DNA of 64,000 nucleotides, taken from IMG/VR virus record IMGVR_UViG_3300009159_000033; one strand, written 5' to 3'. Within the stretch, counting starts at the first letter, position 1. Each line of letters begins with the position of its first letter. Source of the stretch: a virus. This document shows positions 54,665 to 63,904 of this stretch, in pieces. Below the pieces are notes generated by a model. The model was given only the letters and a program-made list of their open reading frames with translations. It did no database searches and was not told where the DNA came from. A program made the position numbers and the translations under genes.

Positions 54665-56437
54665 GTGCCATTTAAATCTGATGCTCAGCGTAAATTATGT
54701 TATGTCCTTAAAGGCAAAGGTCAGGCAGGTTCATGGGACTGCGCTGAATGGTCTGAAGCCACCGGCGATAAGAAGTTGCCAGAGCATGTAGAGGACCAAA
54801 CAGAGAAGAAGGCACTGGGAATCACCAACAAGCTGAAAGGCGGAGTTGGTGATAATAAAAATCCTGCGGAGTTAGACAGATCTGAATTAAATTCTGGAAT
54901 TAAAGAAGAAAAAGAACATACCAATGATACGGATGTAGCCACAGAGATTGCAGTGGATCATCTTACCGAAGAGCCTAAGTACTACTCAAAAATGAAAAAG
55001 GTTGAAAAGAGGAGTGCTATGCACATTATACAACCCTCAAAATTCGCTGAGTTGTTAGCTAAGGTGGCAGCAGCACGACCCGGCCTTTGGGCTAACATAC
55101 GAGCTAAAAAGAAGCGTGGCGAGACTGCTGCTACGCCTGGGGACGAGGACTATCCAGATTCTAAGAACTGGGACAAGGTAACGGCGATCTCTGAGAAGAA
55201 GGCTCAATGCTGGGAAGGCTATGAGCGTGTTCCGGGCACTAAGGCATTAACTTCTGGTTCTTGTCGGCCTAAAGGTAAAAAGAAAGAAGATAAAAGTGCA
55301 GCAGCTTGGGAAACCTCTGAAGGTAAGAATCCCGAAGGCGGTTTGAACGACAAGGGCAGAGCTAGCTTAAAGGCACAAGGACACGACATCAAACGACCTC
55401 AGCCTGAGGGCGGAGCTCGTAAAGATAGCTTCTGTGCACGCATGGGCGGGATGAAGGCTAAGCTCACCTCTAGCGAGACAGCTAACGATCCCGATAGCCG
55501 AATCAACAAAGCATTGCGTAAGTGGAAGTGCGGTAGTGACATGGTAGAGAAACAAGCTATCGCTGCATTATTTAAGACATTGGGTCAAGGTGCATTAAGA
55601 GCTATGTCTAAGGCTCCTATGACCACGGCTGCTGTGGGTATTGGTGGTGCGGGTGCGTATGAAGCTACTCGACCTACGAACAAGCTTATTCCTCAGATAC
55701 TTCCTAATGCAACTGGTGCAGCTCCGCCTACTCCTCCTCTTAATGAGAAAACTGGTTATGTTATTGCTGCTTTGGCCAAATTGGCAGTAGATCAAGCTGG
55801 TGGATCTTATTTAAATGCACAAAATACTATAAATGCACAACGAGTAGCACAAATAAAAGCAGATGCCGAGCGAGTGCGAATTGCTTCGGGTGCTCCTAAA
55901 CCATCTGGAAATGGAACTTATAGATACAGCGGCACTGTATTTCCCAACAGAGTTGAAAACGCACAGCACAGCTTTACTCCTCCCGCAGCCCAAGGCCAAG
56001 GAGAGTTTCTACGACAACCAGTTCAAGCTCCTAGCATGAAAGGTGACACTACACCTACTTTTAACAATCCTACTCCGCCTACCTCTAATAACACTTTTGC
56101 ACCGAGCACGGCAAAGCCTACTAATCCTCCTCCTGCTAATCGTTGGAAACCCATAGACATTAGTGGAGATCGAAGAAGAAAAGAGAAAGAGATGGGTTGG
56201 GCTCCTAATTCTATGGATCAAGGTGGGAGTCGCTATGGAGAGAATGGCCCACGTTCTGCGGAACTAGTAAAACAGTATGGTCCAACTGGTGCACCTTCTA
56301 AACCCGCTACACCTACTTCTTTAACGCAGGCTCCGGTGGCTAATGCTTCTAAAGCCCCATCTAATACTTATGCTACTTCTAGGTTCTCTTCCACACCCCC
56401 AAGTTGGGCGACACAAGGTTGGAACCCAAAACTTTAA
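54665..56437 (+). CDS. Modular polyprotein-like protein of short domains separated by K-x-A
   Basis: Segments resemble small stand-alone phage proteins (EHT..EIA.DHL.E...YY; GLWANIRAK; CWEGY..V.G; GGLN.KGR..SFCARM); GTG start. Confidence 0.75.
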   Translation: MPFKSDAQRKLCYVLKGKGQAGSWDCAEWSEATGDKKLPEHVEDQTEKKALGITNKLKGGVGDNKNPAELDRSELNSGIKEEKEHTNDTDVATEIAVDHLTEEPKYYSKMKKVEKRSAMHIIQPSKFAELLAKVAAARPGLWANIRAKKKRGETAATPGDEDYPDSKNWDKVTAISEKKAQCWEGYERVPGTKALTSGSCRPKGKKKEDKSAAAWETSEGKNPEGGLNDKGRASLKAQGHDIKRPQPEGGARKDSFCARMGGMKAKLTSSETANDPDSRINKALRKWKCGSDMVEKQAIAALFKTLGQGALRAMSKAPMTTAAVGIGGAGAYEATRPTNKLIPQILPNATGAAPPTPPLNEKTGYVIAALAKLAVDQAGGSYLNAQNTINAQRVAQIKADAERVRIASGAPKPSGNGTYRYSGTVFPNRVENAQHSFTPPAAQGQGEFLRQPVQAPSMKGDTTPTFNNPTPPTSNNTFAPSTAKPTNPPPANRWKPIDISGDRRRKEKEMGWAPNSMDQGGSRYGENGPRSAELVKQYGPTGAPSKPATPTSLTQAPVANASKAPSNTYATSRFSSTPPSWATQGWNPKL

Positions 56438-56446
56438 GAGCTAAAT

Positions 56447-57970
56447 GTGTTCAAATGCTCCGGCAGTACCTTTGATGCAATTGCACACTTAGCTGCCCAT
56501 GCTGCTAATTTAAATCTTACAAAATACGCAGACTTAAATTCTGGAATTGAACTGCAGCCTCATCAAGCAAGAGTTGTACGCAATGTACAAAATCAACTAG
56601 CTACTGAAGACAAGGTTAGACTGTTGCTGTACCAAGGGCTGGGCTCTGGCAAGACCTTAGGTGGTCTTGCTGCTGCTGAAAGCTCTAAGCTACCTTACAC
56701 CGCAATCGTACCCGCTGCTCTCCGTACTAATCTTAGGAAAGAGCAAGAGAAGTTCATCGACCAAGATACGGCGGTGCCTAGCAGCATCATGAGCCATACT
56801 GGGTTAGGTAGAGGGCTTCCCATAGCAAATCCTGACTCGTTGCTCATTGACGAAACACACCGGTTTAGGAACGCACAATCTTCTCAAACGCAGAACTTGT
56901 TAGATGCAGCTAGAAAAGCAAAGCAAGTAGTGATGTTGAGTGGTACACCTATTGTGAACTCTCCTGCGGATTTTGCAGTACCTTATAGCGTGCTTACCGG
57001 CAAGGATACGACCCCAGAAGAGTTTAGTGCTAGGTATGTGGACAACGACCCACAACCTTCGCTGTATCGCCGTTTCTTTAATTTAAAGGCACCCGATCCC
57101 GGCTTAAAGAATGTAGAGGAGCTGAAGAGCAACTTAAAAGGTAAGGTAGATTACTTTGCACCAGCTAAGCCTCAAGCAGAGATTAATAGAGAAGATGTGA
57201 TCACGGAGATGACTAGGGATCAAACAGACCTAAACTCACAGATGTATGGTAAGCTCCCCGCCTTGCTCAAATGGAAGCTACAACTAAACTACCCACTGAG
57301 TGACGCAGAGTCTAAGAAGATGGTTAGCTTTCTGACTGGACCAAGACAGCTAGGGTTGTCTACGAGCACATTCACGCAGGATAAGTCTGACCCCATGGCT
57401 GCGTTTAACAGCTCACCTAAGCTAACAGAAGCATTTAAAAGGGTTAACGAAATGATCCAAAAGGATCCTAAAGGTAAAGCTCTCATCTTTTCTAACTTCA
57501 TTGAGTCGGGCTTGAACCCTTATCAAGCTGCGTTGGACAAAGCGGGCATCCCTGCAGCATCCTTCACAGGAGCACTCTCTGACAAACAGCGAAAGAAGCT
57601 GGTAGACGACTATAACTCAGATAAGCTGAAGGTGGCATTGCTGGGGCCATCTGGTACTGAGGGGCTCTCGTTCAAAGGTACAAAGCTTATGCAGCTATTG
57701 GATCCACATTGGAATAATGTTAGGTCTGAGCAGAGTGAAGGGAGAGGATTAAGGTATGACAGTCATGCCCATCTTCCGCTTGCCGATAGGAAAGTAAAGA
57801 TAGAGCGGTACATAGCTAGGACAGCCCCAAGCCGATTAAAATCATTACTCCGCTACATTGGGGTTAAAGTTAATCCCTTATCTGCTACTGATGATTACCT
57901 CATTGCAGCGGGTAATCGTAAGCAGCAGCTAAATGACAAGTTCTTAGACTTACTCAAAGGATTAGATTAG
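56447..57970 (+). CDS. SNF2-like superfamily 2 helicase/ATPase
   Basis: LQPHQ, QGLGSGKT, IDETH, LSGTP, FSNF, GTEGL, DPHWN, Q..GR..R. Confidence 0.88.
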   Translation: MFKCSGSTFDAIAHLAAHAANLNLTKYADLNSGIELQPHQARVVRNVQNQLATEDKVRLLLYQGLGSGKTLGGLAAAESSKLPYTAIVPAALRTNLRKEQEKFIDQDTAVPSSIMSHTGLGRGLPIANPDSLLIDETHRFRNAQSSQTQNLLDAARKAKQVVMLSGTPIVNSPADFAVPYSVLTGKDTTPEEFSARYVDNDPQPSLYRRFFNLKAPDPGLKNVEELKSNLKGKVDYFAPAKPQAEINREDVITEMTRDQTDLNSQMYGKLPALLKWKLQLNYPLSDAESKKMVSFLTGPRQLGLSTSTFTQDKSDPMAAFNSSPKLTEAFKRVNEMIQKDPKGKALIFSNFIESGLNPYQAALDKAGIPAASFTGALSDKQRKKLVDDYNSDKLKVALLGPSGTEGLSFKGTKLMQLLDPHWNNVRSEQSEGRGLRYDSHAHLPLADRKVKIERYIARTAPSRLKSLLRYIGVKVNPLSATDDYLIAAGNRKQQLNDKFLDLLKGLD

Positions 57971-57997
57971 TGCTTTCTAAGATTTAGAGGAATAGCT

Positions 57998-59014
57998 ATG
58001 AAATTGTTATGCGGAGTTATCGACAATCCAAAACATGATTTAAAAATTAGAGGGATAACTGAATTTCGCTCTTTGTATATGTTTGGAGAAGATCATTTAA
58101 TGAGCCCCAATGCCAACTTGTTGCTTAAGCAGGCTGAGCATCGTGGCGACTACATTGTAATGATTGATCCTGGATATCATTTCACACATAAAAAAGTTAT
58201 AGAGAGTTGGGCTTTAGCTTCCGATGTACTTTGTATGGGGCAAGAAGGAATTACGCTTATACATTTAAAAAAATGGGTACAACAAGATAAACCTTCTTGG
58301 GACCAGCTTTTATCAACTAAAATACATGTAGATATTTCGGATAAAGTTGTTTTGTTTAATAATTTAGATTGCATTGAATATGCAAACCATTACCGCAACC
58401 GCATTTGGCATATAAACACAGAGCAAATTCAACCGGCTCTACCTACAAATCGTAATATTAATTGTATAGTGATACCTACTGCTGGGCTAAAAGCCATTAC
58501 CGCAGCTCACTATTTTAAATGTCCTCCAAATTCTGAAATTGTCTTTTTTGACTATTCAAAACCTAGTTTGGAATTTAAGAAGAACTTAATTTTAAATTGG
58601 GATGGAATCGATTATCCTAAATATGTTCGGGCTAACCCGACAAATGATGTGTTAGAAGATATGGATAATTTACCTCAAGACTCATTATATGGCTACTGGC
58701 AAGCTGTGTTGAAATGGTTTAAAGGTTCAGCTGCTTTTGTTGAACATTGGAAACTTTTTTGTAGTTTTAAACATTCTTTTGTGCATTGCGATTTGCTAGA
58801 CGAATCAAACCAAGATACACTGTTTAAAACGATGGCTAATAAAAATGTCGCTGTTTTTACTAGTAACATTTTTTTTACTTCTTATGCCTACCACACTGCA
58901 CCGCCTCCTACTGTAAATCAATTAAGCGAAAGATGGTTTGCCTTGTTGAAATCGCATCCTTCTTTAATTGTAGAGCATAACTGTTATACTTCACGCCATG
59001 GGTACTTTATGTAG
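57998..59014 (+). CDS. Hypothetical protein
   Basis: GAGGA RBS; 338 aa. Confidence 0.78.
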   Translation: MKLLCGVIDNPKHDLKIRGITEFRSLYMFGEDHLMSPNANLLLKQAEHRGDYIVMIDPGYHFTHKKVIESWALASDVLCMGQEGITLIHLKKWVQQDKPSWDQLLSTKIHVDISDKVVLFNNLDCIEYANHYRNRIWHINTEQIQPALPTNRNINCIVIPTAGLKAITAAHYFKCPPNSEIVFFDYSKPSLEFKKNLILNWDGIDYPKYVRANPTNDVLEDMDNLPQDSLYGYWQAVLKWFKGSAAFVEHWKLFCSFKHSFVHCDLLDESNQDTLFKTMANKNVAVFTSNIFFTSYAYHTAPPPTVNQLSERWFALLKSHPSLIVEHNCYTSRHGYFM

Positions 59015-59125
59015 CTCTGTTTAAAGAATCAAATTAAAGTTAGCCCCAGCAATTGCTAAAGTTAACAAACAAAGTTAAAGTAATGACTAAGTTTGCGGTT
59101 TTGTTTCGATTTTATGGAGATAATC

Positions 59126-61930
59126 ATGTACGAAAAAAATGCTGATCTAATGGGTTCGTTTTCCAATGCAAGAAGTGCAGTGTCTAAAAGTGCATTAGGT
59201 CTATTAGACAAGATTAGAGGTACTTCCGTAAATGATGTAGTGGCGGATCGTGAAGCACAGGGCAAGCAGCTGCAAGACAGCATAACCGAAGCTATTCCTA
59301 AGTCTATTCGAGAAAATGTAGATTCCTTAAGCAGCCAACCTATAGGTGAATTAGCAGACAAAGCTACAAAAGCTTTGTCAAGCGTGGGAAATCATTCCAA
59401 ATTAGACACAAGTCCTTCCGCTTTATCCTACATTCCCGGCATTGGTGGATTTTTAGGTGGGTTAGCCAAACCGACACCAGGACGGGGCCGATTTGTTAGC
59501 TCCTTGGGTGAAGGTATTACCGGCAACGCTGGAGCTGGGTTAGGTGGTGCTTTAGGTTTTACAGGCGGTGCAGCACTAGGGGGTGTTGGTCACCTACTCA
59601 TGTCTTTGTTATCTAAGGGTAAATATCATAAGTTAACTGCTGGACTTGGAGCACAGCCTGCCATGATGGGTGGTGCAGCCCTTGGTGGCTTAACTGGTGG
59701 TTCCTTAGGTACGCACGCTGGTGCTGGTCTTTTCCGTGACATTGCTGCCAAACCAGAGAAAAGTGCTGAGCTTACCGGAAACCAAGAAGAAATTGATGTT
59801 AACAACAATGATAAAATTGAAGCAGCAGATTTAGCTAATTTGAGAAAAGGTAAAAATCTTTCTAAGGATAAGACTAAGTTTGCTGAATGGCCAGACAAGC
59901 CTACATTTACAGCAAATATGTCACTACCTGAAAAGCAACCTAATCGTTATGTGGTTGGTAAGAAATCTGCTCCAAAAGCAAATACAGCTGGGATAGAAGA
60001 GGCGCAGGCTAAACTTGCCTCACAAGACAATGCTTCTCCCTCTCGCTCAGCTGCAGGTGACAGTAAAGGAGTGAAGTACAAACAGCAGAACGAAGACCAT
60101 GCAACAGGCACAGCTGCGTTTGACTCTTTAGACAAGTATCTAAGAATGTCTAAGAAAGCCGGATTAAACGATTTCCAAACTAACTTCTTTGGTCGATTGA
60201 TCCAAGAAGGCAGAAATCAACAAGAGATTTACGCAGCGGTTAAACAAGCTAATGCTCAATTTGGAGCTGAAGTTGGTAAAGAATTAAAGCGTGGCTTTAA
60301 GAAGTTAGCAGGGGTTGGTAGCTTACTAGGACAAGGTCTTATGACCGCCGGTAGAGCTGCGATGGGTAATGCTGGCAATATTGCTAAGATTGGGGTTGGC
60401 GGTGGGGCACTAGCAGCGGGAGCAGGTGCGGGCTATGGTGCAGCTCAAATGCCCGAAGCAGTAAAAGGAGGAATCACTCAAGCAGCCCCCGCTATCGGTG
60501 CTGGTGTTGCAAATACTGCAATGGATCGCATGCAGAAGATGCCCGGACAAATTGCACAAAATCTACCTAGTCAGTTTGGTGACATGGCTGGTCAAGCTTT
60601 ACAAAGAATGCCAGCACAGTTTGGTGACATGGCTGGTCAAGCTTTACAAAGAATGCCATTTCAAATGGGCGGGGGACAATCTGGAATAGGACAATCAACC
60701 GGCGGCTTTGCTGGTCCTTACAAGCAAAGTAGGGATAAACAAGCAGGTGTGTGGGATAAGCTAGTAGGGTTAGGGCTTAAAGGTACAGGAGTTGCAACAA
60801 AAGCAGCACCTAGAATCATTGGTACTCCTACCGCAGGCACAGGCTTAGCTAATGTAGTAAATCAATCTACTAAGAGCACACTTGTACCTCGTATGGTAAC
60901 AGGTGCAACTACAGGTGCTATAAACCCATTCACTGGGGCTATGGCAGAAGGCCCTGAAGACGAAAGCGGTTGGGGTATGGCTGGAAGAATTGGAGCTAGT
61001 GCTTTAGCTGGTGCCGGCCTTGGTGGTGCTGGCAACATGAAAATGAATAACATGCTGAAGCGTATGAGTGGTGGTACTTTTGCCGGTGGTGCTGCGGACC
61101 AAGCTGCAGGGCTAGCAGGTTATGACACAGGTGGTTATGGCGCAAAAGGCGGTTTCCTTGGTGCAGCTGCTTTACCTAAACTCTACTCTAAAGGTGGCGT
61201 TACAGGAATTGGGGCCACTAAAATACCTGGCACACAGAAAACTATCTCAGATTTAGCGGGCTTTGCTGGTGGTACCGGCGGTAAATCCATACAGACTGCA
61301 GATTTACTAAGTTTAGCTGATCCATTTAATATGGGCATGAAAGGTATAGGTGCAGGTTACAAAGCATTAAAACCATTTGCCAAATCTAATCCTATAGCCA
61401 CTGCTGGTTTAGGGTTAGGAGCTGCAGGGGTTGGCACTGGAGCTTACATGGCTAATTCAGTTAAGGGTATGCGTGATGACATGGCCAAGCAAATGACTAG
61501 CTTCCGCAATGAAGCTAACAACCACTTGTCCGGTATTCGTCAAGATCTTGGCGGTGGCATGGGCGGAATTGGACAGTTCTTTAATGAGAATAAACATTGG
61601 TTGATGCCTGCGTTGTTGGCGGGCGGGGGTGCCCTTGCGGGCGGTGCACTAGGTGGTGGTACCGGTGCTGCACTAGGCGGTCTTAGCTTACCCGCTCTCT
61701 ACATGATGCACCAGAATGGTATGTTTGGTGGCGGTGGTGCTGCTAATCCTTTACAAGCACCAGAAGGTAAACCACGTCTCGATTACGCACAGCAAAATCA
61801 ACAACATGCAAGAGAGGAAGCAGACAAGCAAGTTGCTGCTCGTACTCAAGATCCAAGGTTGGCAAGCCCCACGAAAAAAAATAACTCCGTGGGTGGTGGT
61901 GGATTAATAAATCCTAATAACATGAAATAA
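59126..61930 (+). CDS. Large Gly/Ala-rich protein with K-x-A motifs and an EF-hand-like loop
   Basis: Start moved to MYEKNA after GGAG; DVNNNDKIEAAD; several Gly-rich hydrophobic segments. Confidence 0.78.
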   Translation: MYEKNADLMGSFSNARSAVSKSALGLLDKIRGTSVNDVVADREAQGKQLQDSITEAIPKSIRENVDSLSSQPIGELADKATKALSSVGNHSKLDTSPSALSYIPGIGGFLGGLAKPTPGRGRFVSSLGEGITGNAGAGLGGALGFTGGAALGGVGHLLMSLLSKGKYHKLTAGLGAQPAMMGGAALGGLTGGSLGTHAGAGLFRDIAAKPEKSAELTGNQEEIDVNNNDKIEAADLANLRKGKNLSKDKTKFAEWPDKPTFTANMSLPEKQPNRYVVGKKSAPKANTAGIEEAQAKLASQDNASPSRSAAGDSKGVKYKQQNEDHATGTAAFDSLDKYLRMSKKAGLNDFQTNFFGRLIQEGRNQQEIYAAVKQANAQFGAEVGKELKRGFKKLAGVGSLLGQGLMTAGRAAMGNAGNIAKIGVGGGALAAGAGAGYGAAQMPEAVKGGITQAAPAIGAGVANTAMDRMQKMPGQIAQNLPSQFGDMAGQALQRMPAQFGDMAGQALQRMPFQMGGGQSGIGQSTGGFAGPYKQSRDKQAGVWDKLVGLGLKGTGVATKAAPRIIGTPTAGTGLANVVNQSTKSTLVPRMVTGATTGAINPFTGAMAEGPEDESGWGMAGRIGASALAGAGLGGAGNMKMNNMLKRMSGGTFAGGAADQAAGLAGYDTGGYGAKGGFLGAAALPKLYSKGGVTGIGATKIPGTQKTISDLAGFAGGTGGKSIQTADLLSLADPFNMGMKGIGAGYKALKPFAKSNPIATAGLGLGAAGVGTGAYMANSVKGMRDDMAKQMTSFRNEANNHLSGIRQDLGGGMGGIGQFFNENKHWLMPALLAGGGALAGGALGGGTGAALGGLSLPALYMMHQNGMFGGGGAANPLQAPEGKPRLDYAQQNQQHAREEADKQVAARTQDPRLASPTKKNNSVGGGGLINPNNMK
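60572..60658 (+). repeat. 42-bp perfect in-frame tandem duplication
   Basis: 60572-60613 equals 60617-60658 (QFGDMAGQALQRMP twice). Confidence 0.95.
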
Positions 61931-61959
61931 ATGAAGCTGTGTGTCGAGTAAGTGGCTGT

Positions 61960-62232
61960 GTAGAGCGCAAGGCGGGTTGTATACTCCCCGTATCATCTCT
62001 AGCAGCTGGGTGCGTTTGTTTCTAGTAGATAAACGCACAGAACGCTGCTGGGGAAAATTCCTTGCGATCAGTGTTTCGGGCAGTTGGAATGGTGGCTGTT
62101 TTAAAGGGTCCACGATACCTCAGGTCTCCTTTCGCCCTACCACCATACAACTTGAGACCTCTGATACACCACAGGGTGTCACGTTTCGACGAGGAAAGGC
62201 GGAAACGCTAGACCGGGTGCGACTGCCCAGCT
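61960..62232. ncRNA. Candidate structured non-coding RNA of unknown family
   Basis: Seven complementary stem pairs identified by eye, including one crossing (pseudoknot-like) pair. Confidence 0.45.
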
Positions 62233-62270
62233 TGACTTTAAATTCTGGATTTTAGAAAAGAAAGAATAAC

Positions 62271-63104
62271 ATGATTAGTAAGGAATTCTATTTTTTTGAT
62301 TGTTTAGGACTTTATCATAAACGAAATGTTTTTGCTCCAGAGCAAATAGCTGCAGCTAATCAAGTGGTGGACGAGTGTCAAGCAAACGCAAGATTTAAGC
62401 GTGGTACTTTGGCTAATGAGATCATCAAATACTTTGGCATATGGGAATCACACCCAATTTTCTTAGAGTTAGCAAACCACCCTGCCGTCCTTGAAGTGTG
62501 TAACCATTCCTTTGGAGGCCCAGATTCTTTTCGTTTGGATCATGCTCTCATCGTTGAATCTACTCCTAAAGATAAATTACAAGGTCTTTTGCATGGGCTT
62601 AGTTTTGGTAAGAACACTACGCACTATCACTTAACCCAAGGTCAGCCACATTTGAACAGCGTATGTTGGACTAGAATTGGGCAGCTTTCTGTTGCAATCA
62701 TATTACAGCCACAAAGTTCAAAGACGGGGGGCTTTTGTTTTATACCCGGATCGCATAAAACTTCTTATTTTGTTTCAGGGCAAGAACTGCACAAGCACAT
62801 ATTTAAAAAACAATCTTTAGACATAAATGAGGAACATCTTATTATTCCTGATTTAAACCCAGGAGATCTGATTGCATTTCCCGAGTCTTTAATTCATGGA
62901 CAAACAGGTATAGCGGGAGCAGAAGAAAATCGTAGGCTTATTTTTAATATGTTCTATCCCATGGGTATTAGGTTTATGGACTGGACTGAGCAATACAAAA
63001 AGATTAGAGAGCATACAAAAGACGAGAAAAAGTTAAAAATTATTAAAGAGTTACCTTCAGATTTAATAAAGTTAGACCCAAATTACGCTGGACCCTCTAA
63101 GTGA
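62271..63104 (+). CDS. Phytanoyl-CoA dioxygenase-like Fe(II)/2OG oxygenase
   Basis: FRLDH, LHG, GGFCFIPGSHK, LNPGD..FPESLIHG, RR. Confidence 0.8.
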   Translation: MISKEFYFFDCLGLYHKRNVFAPEQIAAANQVVDECQANARFKRGTLANEIIKYFGIWESHPIFLELANHPAVLEVCNHSFGGPDSFRLDHALIVESTPKDKLQGLLHGLSFGKNTTHYHLTQGQPHLNSVCWTRIGQLSVAIILQPQSSKTGGFCFIPGSHKTSYFVSGQELHKHIFKKQSLDINEEHLIIPDLNPGDLIAFPESLIHGQTGIAGAEENRRLIFNMFYPMGIRFMDWTEQYKKIREHTKDEKKLKIIKELPSDLIKLDPNYAGPSK

Positions 63105-63904
63105 AAAACTACAAGTTTGCAATTGTGCGCATTTTGGGTAATGAAAATCCTCCCCGAGATGTGATTGGGGCAAGGTTAAAGTCATTAGAATTTACTTTAA
63201 AAAATGAACCTTCTTTTCCAGATACCATTAAACTTTTCTTGCTGAACCGTTTTTTAGATCCTATTTTTCGAAATCAAATAGAAGAGCTTCTGTTAGAGCG
63301 GCGTATGCGGTACATGGAGCTCCCATTAGACTGGGATAAGCTAAAAACGATGCAACAGAATAAAGCTACAAACGAAGCTTTAAATTTAGAAGTCATTGGT
63401 ATCAACTCTGCAAGAAATGTGGCGATAGACTATGGTCATGTGTTTGCTACAAATGCAATTGTGCTAGATGGAGATTGTATCTTTGATCAAGAAGGCTGGA
63501 ATCAGTTCAGGCAAATTACAGAAGAACAACCTAGTCAGTACTACAGCCTACCTATGGCACGCATACCTCTTGAGCATTACAGCCAAAGGCTAACTGCTCC
63601 TCTAGAAGAGAGTCAGTTAGCCTTTCGAGAGGATTCCTCATTACGCTTTGACTCGGCTAGATTATTTGGGGATAACGATAAATTGGATTTGTTGTTCCGG
63701 CTTGGGCATGACCGTACTCCTCTAACCGCTCATCTTAAAATAGAAGGAGATAAGACAAAATTAGCTGGATATGTTTTGCACCTACAGACTGGAAAAAATG
63801 TTACAGAAAGCTCAGTGCTTGTACGTTGTAAAGAGCGAAACGAATCGTTGCGTTGTTTGTTTGACAAAGTTCGAACAATGGCAGAGGAGCGGAATCGTTG
63901 TTAA
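63101..63904 (+). CDS. Hypothetical, glycosyltransferase-like protein
   Basis: NSARNVAI, VLDGDCIF (DxD-like); GTG start with 4-nt overlap. Confidence 0.5.
   Translation: MKNYKFAIVRILGNENPPRDVIGARLKSLEFTLKNEPSFPDTIKLFLLNRFLDPIFRNQIEELLLERRMRYMELPLDWDKLKTMQQNKATNEALNLEVIGINSARNVAIDYGHVFATNAIVLDGDCIFDQEGWNQFRQITEEQPSQYYSLPMARIPLEHYSQRLTAPLEESQLAFREDSSLRFDSARLFGDNDKLDLLFRLGHDRTPLTAHLKIEGDKTKLAGYVLHLQTGKNVTESSVLVRCKERNESLRCLFDKVRTMAEERNRC

Noticed and set aside
15476-62222. GCTGGGTGCG and CGGGTGCGA shared between the 15.5-kb and 62-kb intergenic regions (possible guide-target match)
   Set aside because: 9-10 nt matches are not significant in 64 kb without further support.
62160-62225. RNase P (GAGGAAAG), hammerhead (CTGA...GAAA) or group II intron (GTGCG) identity for the structured region
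   Set aside because: Only isolated words match; the required order and spacing of core elements are absent.
61941-62255. 104-aa ORF in the ORF track
   Set aside because: GTG start without a clear RBS and no recognisable protein features; it coincides with extensive base-pairing better explained as RNA structure.
11931-63904. Other short overlapping or antisense ORFs in the track (for example 13520, 22980, 39320, 54138, 59626)
   Set aside because: They are fully nested in long motif-bearing + strand genes and have no RBS or motifs.
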